NCBI GenBank assembly: GCA_965215505.1
Contig: OZ244065.1
Span: 448,001-512,000 of the forward strand
Length of the DNA: 64,000 bases
Direction: 5' to 3'
From: Capsulimonadaceae bacterium
Lineage (GTDB): Bacteria > Armatimonadota > Armatimonadia > Armatimonadales > Capsulimonadaceae
Under the pieces are notes generated by a model, which saw only the letters and a program-made list of their open reading frames with translations, ran no database searches and was not told the DNA's origin. Position numbers and translations under genes: made by a program. Positions 1 to 9,050 of the stretch are shown in pieces (within the stretch, counting starts at the first letter, position 1; each line of letters starts with the position of its first letter).

Positions 1-641
1 ACGGGATAGACCTGGGCGATGGGGATCGGCCAGAACACTTGCCTTACGTCCGGGCCGGCTATGCCGTCGTCGCCTACTCGCTCGACGGGCCGCTCGGGGA
101 CCGACCCAGCGGCCGGCAGGTCGTGGAGGCCGCTCAGGCGTTTAAATCGGCAGATGCGGGCCTGGCGGACGCACACGCAGCCATGGATTATGCCCTGGCA
201 AACGTCCCACACCTAAACCCGAAGCGCCTGTACGCGGCGGGCCATAGCTCGGCGGGCACTCTCTCCCTGCTGCTGGCCGAGAACGACCCGCGCATCGCCG
301 CTTGCATCGCCTACGCCCCTTGCTGCAATGTGCCCCACCATTTGGGGCCGCGCGTGGTCGGCGTACTGGACCATGCCGTCCCCGGCGAGCGGGCTTTCCT
401 GACCCGGCGCTCGCCGGACGCGGGCGTCGCCAGACTGACCTGCCCGCTGTTCCTGTTTCATGCGGACGATGACTCGACGATCCCGGCGGCGGATGTCGCA
501 GAGTTTGCGCGCCTGGCCCAGCAGACGAACCCGCGTGTGACCTTCGTCCATGTCCCCACCGGGGAACACTACGACTCGATGATCCGGCAGGGTATCCCGC
601 GCGCCCTCCGGTGGCTCCAGGCACTTCCCGCAAAGGGCTGA
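1..641 (+). CDS. Alpha/beta hydrolase (peptidase S9/dienelactone hydrolase-like), 5' end outside the window
   Basis: GHSSAG nucleophile elbow, D (HADDDSTI) and H (GEH) triad candidates. The frame is open back to the window start. Confidence 0.8.
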   Translation, partial: GIDLGDGDRPEHLPYVRAGYAVVAYSLDGPLGDRPSGRQVVEAAQAFKSADAGLADAHAAMDYALANVPHLNPKRLYAAGHSSAGTLSLLLAENDPRIAACIAYAPCCNVPHHLGPRVVGVLDHAVPGERAFLTRRSPDAGVARLTCPLFLFHADDDSTIPAADVAEFARLAQQTNPRVTFVHVPTGEHYDSMIRQGIPRALRWLQALPAKG

Positions 642-663
642 CGCGGGCATCTCTGGAGGAACC

Positions 664-1395
664 ATGGCACACCGATCATTTCCCCTCGCTGTTTCTGCCT
701 TGCTGCTCGGCGTCGCCTTCGCGCCCCCCATCGCCCTGGGCCTGGACAAAAGGCCCACAGGCCCGACAACGCTGCCCCCGCCGCCGTCCCGCCCGCCGCC
801 GTCCCGCCCGCAGCAGCCGCAGTCCCACCCGGACCGGCACGAGCATCGTGAGAGGCGCGAGCCTCCCTACTGCCCGCCCCCGGCCGCGTATGTCCCCGTC
901 AAGCCGGACATCAGCTTCGAGATTCGACTCCTCAGCCTTGACGCGGGCCAGGCCGATGTCCCTGCCGTGAGCGCGTTCCTGGCGGCCACCTCGAATCCGG
1001 ACGAACAGCGCGCGGGCCTCCAGGCGCGGGCGAAGCCGGGCGGCCCCGTCCTCCAGACGTCCGGGGGCCAGACCCTGAACGTCAAGCAAGACGCCACCGG
1101 CCTGCGCGACCTCGGCGCGTCCGCCCTGCGCGTGAGCGCCCACCCGCACCTTGACGCGCGGGGGGCGGAGGCCGTTGACTTCATCGTAGAGCAGACACCG
1201 GCGGGCAAGCCCCCGCTCAGGACGAACGCCTACGTCAGCCTCGTCTTCGACAACGGGGACACCAAGCTCCTCAGCGACACCGCCCGCCCGGACGGCACGC
1301 GCCGCCTCGTCTATGCTACGGTGTTCTTCCCTCCGTGTTCTTCCCACCCCGTTCCCCCCGTGTCCGTGCTGAGTGTCTGGCAGAGCCTGCACTAG
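664..1395 (+). CDS. Secreted protein with Pro-rich linker and a truncated secretin-like C-terminal domain
   Basis: GGAGG RBS, signal peptide, and motifs PVLQTSGGQT / LRVSAHPHLDARG / VFDNGDTKLL / RRLVYAT resembling secretin C-domain strands. Confidence 0.55.
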   Translation: MAHRSFPLAVSALLLGVAFAPPIALGLDKRPTGPTTLPPPPSRPPPSRPQQPQSHPDRHEHRERREPPYCPPPAAYVPVKPDISFEIRLLSLDAGQADVPAVSAFLAATSNPDEQRAGLQARAKPGGPVLQTSGGQTLNVKQDATGLRDLGASALRVSAHPHLDARGAEAVDFIVEQTPAGKPPLRTNAYVSLVFDNGDTKLLSDTARPDGTRRLVYATVFFPPCSSHPVPPVSVLSVWQSLH

Positions 1396-1775
1396 AGTTC
1401 GGGCAGGAGACCGCCCACGGAACAATGAAAGTTTCCGTCTCTGATGCCAAGGGCCGTGTCCAGTCTGCGCCCCACGGACCAAAGCCGCAGAGCGCGTTCC
1501 TGCTCCTCGACAGCCTCCGCAGCGAGGGCTGCCAGTCGCCTCCGCTCGCCTTCCGTGACGCCGCCGGCAAAACGCAGGCGGCGGACGGCGTCCAAGGCTG
1601 TACGAATCGCTCGCAACGCCGCGCGGGTGTCCTCGGCGGGTGCCAAGTCTTCTCGGACGACGGCCCTCCAGAGTTGCGGTCCCACCCGCAGGAGATAGGT
1701 GTCGGATGCCGCGACCCCTTGGTCGGGGACTTGTTGGCTGACACGCCGGGGCGTCTGCTGGATTTCCTGCTGCAT
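1392..1775 (-). CDS. Hypothetical helical protein
   Basis: GAGGAG RBS before the ATG. Convergent 4-nt overlap with the preceding gene. Confidence 0.6.
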   Translation of the reverse strand: MQQEIQQTPRRVSQQVPDQGVAASDTYLLRVGPQLWRAVVREDLAPAEDTRAALRAIRTALDAVRRLRFAGGVTEGERRRLAALAAEAVEEQERALRLWSVGRRLDTALGIRDGNFHCSVGGLLPEL

Positions 1776-1997
1776 GGTCGTGGTCTCCTCGGGTAGATCG
1801 TATCCATGGGGATAGTATCTTGCGGAGCGTAATGCAAAGCGTAATCAGATCAGAGGTTTTTGTCACAAGCAAGCGCATGGCCGGCACAAGCCCGCGCCCT
1901 GCCCCGCACATCACGCGCACGCGGCCTCGGGTATACTCTACGGAGCATGTGCGCGTTCAAGACCACTCACCCACTTACGACCGTCCCCGAGGAGGGC

Positions 1998-4900
1998 TTG
2001 CCGCTCGACACCTTAGAAGGCGTCATCGAGCGGATCACCTTTCACAACGAGGAGAACGGCTACACCGTGGCCCGCCTCCTGCCCCCGAACGCGCGTGACG
2101 TCATCACCATCCTCGGCAACTTTTCTAATCCCGTCGTCGGCGAAAGCCTGCTCTGCCACGGGACCTGGACCCGCCACCCGCAGTGGGGGAAGCAAATGCA
2201 GGTGGCCCGCTATGAGGTCGTCCGGCCCGCCACCGCCTTCGCCATCGAGAAGTACCTGGGCAGCGGCATGGTCAAAGGGGTCGGCCCGGTCACGGCCAAG
2301 CGCATCGTGAACAAGTTCGGCGACGAGGCCCTGGACATCATCGAACACCATCCGGGCAAGCTCCTGGAGGTGCCCGGCATCGGCGCGAAGACGCTGGCGA
2401 AGATCACGCAGGCGTGGAAGGACCAGCGGGAGATACGGAACATCATGCTGTTCCTCCAGGCGCACGGCGTCTCGCCCGCCTACGCCGTCAAGATCTACCG
2501 GGCTTATGGCGGGAAGTCTATTGAAGTCGTCGAGAAGAACCCCTATCAGCTCGCCTCGGACATCTGGGGCATCGGCTTCAAGAGCGCCGACAAGATCGCA
2601 AGGGCCATCGGCATCGCCGAGGACGACCCGCGCCGCATTGAAGCGGGTGTGGTCTATGTGCTGAACGAGGCGGTCGAGTCCGGCGGCAACGCCTACCTGA
2701 CCGAGAAAGAACTGACCGACAAGGCGACGGAGATACTGGGGGTGGGGGACGTGGCCGCCGCCCTGCTGGCCCTGTCCACCTCGGGCCGCCTGGTTTCGGA
2801 GTCGGCGACGTTCCTGGGCCAGACGGAAGTCGCCGTCTACACCCCCTCCTTGCACAAGACCGAGATCGGCCTGGCCGACCGCCTCAAGAAGCTGCTGGCG
2901 ACGCCGCTGAAGCAGCCCCCCGACGCCGTGAAGTTCGAGGCCTGGCTCTCGGCCCTGTGCGAGAAGAACGGCTTCCCGCTCTCCGAGGAGCAGCGCGCGG
3001 CAGTCAGCACAGCCCTCCTGTCGCGGTTTGCCATCATGACCGGCGGGCCGGGCGTCGGCAAGACCTTTAGCACCAAGGCGATCGTGACGGCCTTCGAGGC
3101 TTTGAAGAAAGACGTCCTGCTGGCCTCGCCGACGGGCCGGGCGGCCAAACGCATGACCGAGGTGACCGGGCGGGAGGCGAAGACCGTCCACCGGTTGCTG
3201 GAATTCGACCCCGAGAAGCGCGGCTTCAAGCGTGACGGGGACACGCCTTTGGAGTGCGACGTGCTGATCGTGGATGAAAGCTCCATGCTGGACATGGTGC
3301 TGACCTACTCCTTGCTCAAGGCAGTCCCTGAGAGCGCGCAGGTCGTCTTCGTCGGCGATGTGGACCAGTTGCCTTCCGTCGGCCCCGGCAACGTCCTCCG
3401 GGACCTGATCGAGAGCGGGGCCGTCCCGGTCGCCCGGTTGACTCAGGTGTTCCGGCAGGCCGCCGAGAGCCTGATCATCACGAATGCCCACGCAATCAAC
3501 GCCGGCCGGATGCCCTCCCTGCCGCCGCCGAGCGCGGGCCGCGACTGCGCTTACCTCAGCGCCGAGGAGGCCGAGGAAGTCGCCGACAAGGTGGTCGCCG
3601 TGGTCGCCAAGAGCCTCCCCAAGCGCGGCTACGCCCCTGGCGACATCCAGGTCCTGACGCCGATGCAGCGCGGGAGCGCGGGAGCCGCCTACCTCAACAC
3701 GCGCTTGCAGGAGGCCCTGAACCCCGCCGCGCCGGGCAAGGACGAGGTCCAGCGCGGCATCCGCCTGTTCCGGGTCGGCGACCGCGTGATGCAGATCGTC
3801 AACAACTACGACAAGTTCGTCTACAACGGCGACATCGGGGCGGTCGAGTCCATCAGCCACGAGGACGAAACGCTGACCGTCGCCTTCCCCGACGCCGAGG
3901 GCATCAACCTCGTCGTCTACGAGTTCGCCGACATGGACGAGCTGGTCATGGCAAACGCGGTCAGCATCCATAAGTGCATCGCCCAGGACGAGAAGGTATA
4001 CACACAGCAGCGTGGCCTCGTCGCGATCAAAGACTTGCAGGTCGGTGACCTCGTCTACACCAGCGACCACACTCCCAAGCCGGTTCTCGACGTGATCCCG
4101 ACCGGGGGCAAGCCGGTCGTGCGAATAGTGACGCGCATGGGCTACCGGATCGACGTCTCGGAGGAGCACCCGCTGCTCGCCTGCACCGATAGCGCCCCCG
4201 AATACACGGCCGCCAGAGATCTGCGTGTCGGTGATGCCGTCTGCATCAGCCGCAACGCCGTTGACCCGCAGGCGAGTGTCGCCTTGCCACCGGTCCAGGC
4301 GGGGCTTGGTCGGCAGACTCCTCGCCTGCCTTGTGTGATTGATGAAGACTTCGCCTGGTTCCTAGGAGCTACCGTCGGTGATGGGTCCTATCGCGACCAG
4401 AAAGATGGCACGGTTGACTTCACCAACCAGGACCGCACTGTTCTGTGCAAATACCAAGCCCTCCTTGAAAGCTACGACCTTCGTGTCTGCACCTACCGCC
4501 GTGACGGGCAAAATGCGACTCGGCTGTATGTCGTTTCACGGGCCTTCCGCGAATGGCTATTTCGGATCGGCCTGCGCTTCTCGAAAGCCGACACGAAATC
4601 CGTCCCAGAAAGCATTTTCCAGGCGTCTGCGAAGGTCAAGTCTGCTTTCCTGCGCGGGCTGTTCGACACTGACGGGAGCGCCAGTAGGGGAACACTCCGG
4701 GCCTGCCGTCTGGTGACCGCGTCGCCGGTCCTGGCGGAACAGGTACAGCAGCTTCTGCTGTCGCTAGGTATCATCTCCATCCGCACTCGCTCTACCCCGA
4801 ACGCTTGGTATGTCAGCGTCAGCGGGACGTCACTCAACCGGTTTTCGGCAGCCGTCGGCTTCACGGTGGCCTACAAACAGGAACGCCTCGATGCCCTGCT

Positions 4901-5513
4901 TGATCGGGCCACTGGGCTACGATTTAAGACAAACAATGACTTCATCCCCCACAGTGCCTCAGTGATGCGTGAGTGCCGGGAGAGCCTGACCCGACACGCC
5001 GGCAGGAGTCAAGGGATTAGGGGCAAGGGCTTGTATGGGTCGGGCCGGCACGGCGTCGGCCTGATCTTCCAGAAAATTACTCGGGGGAAGTTATTGTCTC
5101 ACCAGAACGTGCTTGACGTGAAGGTGTATCTGGAAGAGGAGGGAGCGGTGGTGCCTGAGAGCCTGAGTTCAGCCGCCGCCCTGCATCACTGCTACGACCG
5201 CATCGCCAGCATCGAGCGTCTTGCGGAAGAGGTGCCGATGTACGACATCGAGGTGGAAGGCCTCCACTCCTTCATCGCCAACGGCTTCGTCTGTCACAAC
5301 TCGCAGGGCAGTGAATACCCCGCCGTCGTCCTCGCCCTGCACACCCAGCACTACATGCTCTTGCAGCGCAACCTGCTGTATACGGCCCTGACGCGCGCCA
5401 AAAAGTTCGCCGTCCTCATCGGCCCGATGCGCGCCATCGCCATGGCTGTCAAGAAGCAGAACGACATCCACCGGCACACGCGGCTGAAGGAACGGCTGCA
5501 AGGCCTGCTGTGA
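1998..5513 (+). CDS. recD2: ATP-dependent RecD2 (SF1B) DNA helicase containing an intein
   Basis: GVIERITFHNEENGYTVA N-terminus, HhH motifs, Walker A TGGPGVGKT, DESSM, GDVDQLPSVGPG, HK|SQGSEY, RNLLYTALTRAK. TTG start after GGAGG. Confidence 0.95.
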   Translation: MPLDTLEGVIERITFHNEENGYTVARLLPPNARDVITILGNFSNPVVGESLLCHGTWTRHPQWGKQMQVARYEVVRPATAFAIEKYLGSGMVKGVGPVTAKRIVNKFGDEALDIIEHHPGKLLEVPGIGAKTLAKITQAWKDQREIRNIMLFLQAHGVSPAYAVKIYRAYGGKSIEVVEKNPYQLASDIWGIGFKSADKIARAIGIAEDDPRRIEAGVVYVLNEAVESGGNAYLTEKELTDKATEILGVGDVAAALLALSTSGRLVSESATFLGQTEVAVYTPSLHKTEIGLADRLKKLLATPLKQPPDAVKFEAWLSALCEKNGFPLSEEQRAAVSTALLSRFAIMTGGPGVGKTFSTKAIVTAFEALKKDVLLASPTGRAAKRMTEVTGREAKTVHRLLEFDPEKRGFKRDGDTPLECDVLIVDESSMLDMVLTYSLLKAVPESAQVVFVGDVDQLPSVGPGNVLRDLIESGAVPVARLTQVFRQAAESLIITNAHAINAGRMPSLPPPSAGRDCAYLSAEEAEEVADKVVAVVAKSLPKRGYAPGDIQVLTPMQRGSAGAAYLNTRLQEALNPAAPGKDEVQRGIRLFRVGDRVMQIVNNYDKFVYNGDIGAVESISHEDETLTVAFPDAEGINLVVYEFADMDELVMANAVSIHKCIAQDEKVYTQQRGLVAIKDLQVGDLVYTSDHTPKPVLDVIPTGGKPVVRIVTRMGYRIDVSEEHPLLACTDSAPEYTAARDLRVGDAVCISRNAVDPQASVALPPVQAGLGRQTPRLPCVIDEDFAWFLGATVGDGSYRDQKDGTVDFTNQDRTVLCKYQALLESYDLRVCTYRRDGQNATRLYVVSRAFREWLFRIGLRFSKADTKSVPESIFQASAKVKSAFLRGLFDTDGSASRGTLRACRLVTASPVLAEQVQQLLLSLGIISIRTRSTPNAWYVSVSGTSLNRFSAAVGFTVAYKQERLDALLDRATGLRFKTNNDFIPHSASVMRECRESLTRHAGRSQGIRGKGLYGSGRHGVGLIFQKITRGKLLSHQNVLDVKVYLEEEGAVVPESLSSAAALHHCYDRIASIERLAEEVPMYDIEVEGLHSFIANGFVCHNSQGSEYPAVVLALHTQHYMLLQRNLLYTALTRAKKFAVLIGPMRAIAMAVKKQNDIHRHTRLKERLQGLL
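3975..5300 (+). mobile_element. Intein with LAGLIDADG homing endonuclease (442 aa)
   Basis: Starts with C (CIAQDEKV), block B VSEEHPLL, LAGLIDADG motifs FLGATVGDGS and FLRGLFDTDGS, ends YDIEVEGLHSFIANGFVCHN followed by Ser+1. Codon usage is visibly less GC3-biased than the exteins. Confidence 0.95.
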
Positions 5514-5560
5514 CCGGGGCGGGATTCAAGAAATAAACCGATCCGCCCAGCGCCCTCCCC

Positions 5561-5589
5561 TTGACATTGACCCGCCCGCCGTGTATACT
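5561..5589 (+). promoter_or_regulatory. Sigma70 promoter
   Basis: TTGACA-N17-TATACT. Confidence 0.85.
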
Positions 5590-5698
5590 GTGCCAACTCC
5601 CTAGCCGCCCGCCGTCCTCTTTCCGAGGGCCGGCGACACGGCAGGCGGGCCGGGACGAAGCCGTGCCGCCCGCTCCCGGAGCATCCCGATCCCGTCCC

Positions 5699-5795
5699 GC
5701 GCACCGACGCGCCCCCTTCTCTGTGCAAGAGGCAAGCCGACGCCGCCGTCATCGTGACGCCGTTCCCGTCGCCGCTTGGCCTCTTTTTATTTTTT
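5699..5795 (+). promoter_or_regulatory. ANTAR-type antitermination leader (P1/P2 hairpins overlapping an intrinsic terminator)
   Basis: GCGC-ACCGAC-GCGC hexaloop (A1, G4), 11-nt linker, then TGC-AAGAG-GCA overlapping terminator arm AAGAGGC...GCCTCTT and a T-run. Confidence 0.7.
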
Positions 5796-5811
5796 GACCT
5801 CCCGCAGAGAA

Positions 5812-6483
5812 ATGGAAGCACTCGCAATGGACGCCCTGAGAACGGAGCCGGGGAAGACCGAATCCGCCAAAGCCGAATCCGTCAAAGCCGCACCCGCCCG
5901 ACCGGAGCCGGTGAGAGTCGTGATCGCCGACGACGACCCGCTGACGCGCCTGGACCTGCGCCACAGCCTGGAGGGCCTGGGCCTGCGCGTGTTGGGCGAG
6001 GCCGAGGACGGGCGGCAGGCCCTGGTCCTGGCCCGCACCCTGCACCCCGACCTGATGATTCTGGACATCATGATGCCGCAGATGGACGGGCTGGAAGCCG
6101 CCCGCCTGGTCCGCAGCGAACAGCTCGCCGCCGTCGTCCTGCTGACCGGCTATGCCGAGGAGGACATGGTCGCCAAGGCCGACGCGGCGGGCGTCCTGGC
6201 CTACCTCCGCAAGCCGTTCCGGCCCACCGACCTCGGCCCGGCCATCGCCATCGCCCTAGGGCGGCACCGCGAGCGGCAGGCGCTGGAGTCGGACGTCGAA
6301 TCGCTGAAGGAGAAGATGGAGGCGCGCAAACTGGTCGGCCGGGCCAAGGCGATCCTGATGGAGCGCCACAACCTGACCGAGCGCGAGGCCTTCTACCGCA
6401 TCCAGGCGCAGAGTCAGAGCCTGCAAAAGCCCGCCCACGAGATCGCCAAGGCCATCATCACCGCCAGCGAGCTGGGAATGTGA
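5812..6483 (+). CDS. REC-ANTAR response regulator (NasT/PdtaR/EutV-like)
   Basis: Receiver VIADDD...LDIMMPQMDG...KPF. ANTAR domain RKLVGRAKAILMERHNLTEREAFYRIQ. Confidence 0.93.
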   Translation: MEALAMDALRTEPGKTESAKAESVKAAPARPEPVRVVIADDDPLTRLDLRHSLEGLGLRVLGEAEDGRQALVLARTLHPDLMILDIMMPQMDGLEAARLVRSEQLAAVVLLTGYAEEDMVAKADAAGVLAYLRKPFRPTDLGPAIAIALGRHRERQALESDVESLKEKMEARKLVGRAKAILMERHNLTEREAFYRIQAQSQSLQKPAHEIAKAIITASELGM

Positions 6484-6632
6484 CGTGTTCCGCCGGCGAG
6501 GGGCCACCCGCACGGTAAAAATACCTGCAACAAAACGGCCGCGGCATACTCTAAATGCCCGTAAGGCAACACGCTCGCACAGAGTCACCAGACAGCGCAC
6601 AGACAGGCTCACTAGAAGCCACATCAGGAGGA

Positions 6633-8039
6633 ATGCACACCTTGCGACCCACCACTCTCACGCACTCATCTCTGAAAGCCGCCCTCGCGCTCGGCGTCGG
6701 GCTGGCCGCCCTCGGCGGCTGGTCCGCCGCGTCCGCCCAGGATGCCCCGGCCCCGCCCGCTGCGCCGCCCGGACCGGCCACCCAGCCGCCCCCGCCGCCC
6801 GGCACCACCCAGCCCGGCCCGACCCAGCCCCAGGCCGCGCCCGCCCCACCCGGAAGCACCGCCGCCCCCGGAGCGCCCGCCCCGGCCGCAACCCCCGCGC
6901 CCGCGCCGCCGAACTACAAGCTCCAGTACAACGGGCTGGTGGACGGCTACTACCTGTTCAACCTGCGGAATCCCAAGAACGTCTCCTACGGAGCGGGTGA
7001 GCCGTACTACGACACGCGCCACAACTCGCCCGCGCTGTCTCTGGCCGAACTGAACGTCTTCGCGAACGCCGCGCCCGGCAAGTTCGGCTATAAGGCGACC
7101 TTCATGACCGGCGACACCGCCGACATCAACCACTTCAACGCCTATGGCAGCAGTCTCGCTGAAGGCCGCTACAAGAACGTCCAGCAGCTCTACGGCACCT
7201 ACGCCTTCGGCGCGGACGGCAGCGGCATAGATTTCGGCAAGTTCTACACGCCCTTCGGCTATGAGGTGACCGAGTCCAACGGCAACTACAACTACTCGCG
7301 CTCCACGGCCTACAATTATGTGCCGTTCTACCACGCCGGCGCGCGCATCTACACGCCGGTTCCGGGACTGGCGGCCCTGACGGCGACGTTCTACCTGGTC
7401 AACGGGGTCTACAACACGCCCACCATGGGCGTCCAGAACGACAGCAAGCGGCCCGGCTACATCGGCCAGCTCAACTACACCGCACCCAGCGGCAAGTTCA
7501 CCCTGATCTCCGAGCTTGGCCTGGACAAGCAGAAAGACCCGCTCGGCCTGGGTACGGGGACAGACACGAAGGTCCTCGTTAATGACAACAACTTCACCTA
7601 CAACTTCAACGCCAACCAGCTCGCGGGCCTTGACTACGTCTACCGCAGGCTGAACCCGAGCGGCGGCCCGAAAGATACGGTCAACGCCTACGCCGTGTAC
7701 TTCCGGCAGGCGCTGACCGCGAAAACTGCCGTGGCGCTGCGCTTCTCCTCGGGGGACGAAAAGACCGACGGCTTCACGACCACCAGCGTGACCGGAACCG
7801 GGGAAGGGACGACCACCACCACCTCGTTCGTGGACGCGACCCATTCCCGCCCCTATGACATCACCGCCACCTACGAGATCAAGCCGGTCGCGAACTTCCT
7901 GACCCGGATCGAGTATCGGCACGATCACAACAACAGCCCTCTCTTCTACGGCGCGAGCTACAATGGGACCAGCAACCTGGACCTGAAGAAAGACCAGGAC
8001 ACGATCAGCCTGTCGGGCGTGTTCACGTTCCAGCAGTAA
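6633..8039 (+). CDS. Outer-membrane beta-barrel porin, BBP2/OmpL-like, with Pro/Ala-rich N-terminal linker
   Basis: Signal peptide ending ASA-Q. Motifs GLVDGYY, DFGKFYTPFGYEV..NYNYSRS, PFYHAG, RIEYRHD. C-terminal amphipathic strand. Start may be TTG at 6642. Confidence 0.8.
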   Translation: MHTLRPTTLTHSSLKAALALGVGLAALGGWSAASAQDAPAPPAAPPGPATQPPPPPGTTQPGPTQPQAAPAPPGSTAAPGAPAPAATPAPAPPNYKLQYNGLVDGYYLFNLRNPKNVSYGAGEPYYDTRHNSPALSLAELNVFANAAPGKFGYKATFMTGDTADINHFNAYGSSLAEGRYKNVQQLYGTYAFGADGSGIDFGKFYTPFGYEVTESNGNYNYSRSTAYNYVPFYHAGARIYTPVPGLAALTATFYLVNGVYNTPTMGVQNDSKRPGYIGQLNYTAPSGKFTLISELGLDKQKDPLGLGTGTDTKVLVNDNNFTYNFNANQLAGLDYVYRRLNPSGGPKDTVNAYAVYFRQALTAKTAVALRFSSGDEKTDGFTTTSVTGTGEGTTTTTSFVDATHSRPYDITATYEIKPVANFLTRIEYRHDHNNSPLFYGASYNGTSNLDLKKDQDTISLSGVFTFQQ

Positions 8040-8044
8040 ACCCC

Positions 8045-8083
8045 GTCCGGCACCCGCAGACCCTCACTCTGCCGGTGCCGGAC
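8045..8083 (+). terminator. Stem-loop after the porin gene
   Basis: GTCCGGCACC-CGCAGA...TCTGC-CGGTGCCGGAC inverted repeat, no T-tail. Confidence 0.45.
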
Positions 8084-8107
8084 TGCCTCTCACCAAGGAT
8101 GACATCC

Positions 8108-8974
8108 ATGCCCGCCGTCAGTGACGATGGCCCCGTCGTCACCGAAGACGCTCTCTCCGCCTACCGCGCCGCCCCACGCCTCTGGTCGCCCGCCGACACC
8201 GCCGCTCCCACGGAGGAGGCACCCGCCGCCCTCCCGAAGAAATCCAGGCGCAAGGTCGCCGACACCGCTGCCCAGCCCGAGGCCCGCGAGCGTTACAGCC
8301 CCACCATCAAGGAGACGCCCGCCGAGGAGCGCCCCCGCGAACGCCTCCGCGCCTACGGCGTGCATGCGCTGACAACGGCCGAACTGCTCGCCCTCCTCAT
8401 CCGCACCGGCAGCGGGGAGCGCAGCGCCGTCTCCCTCGGCGAGTACCTGCTGGCCGAGTTCGGCAGCATCAAGGGCGTCGCCACCGCGTCTGCGGAACAG
8501 CTCGCCCGCGTCAAAGGTCTGGGCGAAGTCAAGGCCGGCCAGATCAAGGCCGCCATCGAGTTCGGCAACCGTCTCTCGCTGTTCACCGAGGACGCCAAGC
8601 CCAGCATCGGCGGCCCGCGCGATGTCGCCAACCTGCTCATGCCCGACCTGCGCTATCAGAAGAAGGAGATTCTGAAGTCACTCCTCCTGGACACGAAGAA
8701 CCGCGTACTCGCCATCCGCACCGTCTCCATCGGCGACCTGTCTTCCTCCATCGTCCACCCCCGTGAGGTCTTCAAGGACGCCGTCGTCATCTCCGCCGCC
8801 GCCCTCATCGTCGCCCACAACCACCCCTCCGGCGACCCCACACCTTCGGGCGAGGACGTGGCCGTCACCAAGCGGCTGATCGGCGCGGGCGAGATCATGG
8901 GCATCGACCTTTTGGACCACATCGTCATCGGCGACGGCGTCTTCGTCAGCCTCAAAGAGCGCGGGCTGATTTAA
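8108..8974 (+). CDS. radC: RadC family JAB-domain protein with N-terminal extension
   Basis: ERPRERL, ELLALLIRTG, VHPREVFK, AHNHPSGDPTPSGED, LLDHIVIG. Confidence 0.95.
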   Translation: MPAVSDDGPVVTEDALSAYRAAPRLWSPADTAAPTEEAPAALPKKSRRKVADTAAQPEARERYSPTIKETPAEERPRERLRAYGVHALTTAELLALLIRTGSGERSAVSLGEYLLAEFGSIKGVATASAEQLARVKGLGEVKAGQIKAAIEFGNRLSLFTEDAKPSIGGPRDVANLLMPDLRYQKKEILKSLLLDTKNRVLAIRTVSIGDLSSSIVHPREVFKDAVVISAAALIVAHNHPSGDPTPSGEDVAVTKRLIGAGEIMGIDLLDHIVIGDGVFVSLKERGLI

Positions 8975-8987
8975 ACCACCCCTGCCG

Positions 8988-9033
8988 GTACATAATTTGT
9001 ATGTACAAGTAATAAGATTTCTGGTATACTTGT
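8988..9033 (+). promoter_or_regulatory. TA promoter/operator with two inverted repeats
   Basis: GTACATA-N5-TATGTAC (8988-9006), and ACAAGTA...TACTTGT overlapping the extended -10 TGGTATACT. Confidence 0.7.
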
Positions 9034-9050
9034 CCTAGGAGGGAACACCC

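Noticed and set aside
1860-1997. N-terminal extension of RecD2 in the ORF track
   Set aside because: RecD2-like sequence and a GGAGG RBS point to the TTG at 1998.
2013-4169. Long antisense ORFs (also 19393-21066, 27871-29448, 40869-42626, 47714-49429)
   Set aside because: Shadow frames of GC3-biased real genes, with no recognisable motifs.
6740-6910. C-rich repeats in the porin gene (also 770-830 and 26620-26720)
   Set aside because: Explained by Pro/Ala or Gly/Thr low-complexity protein linkers.
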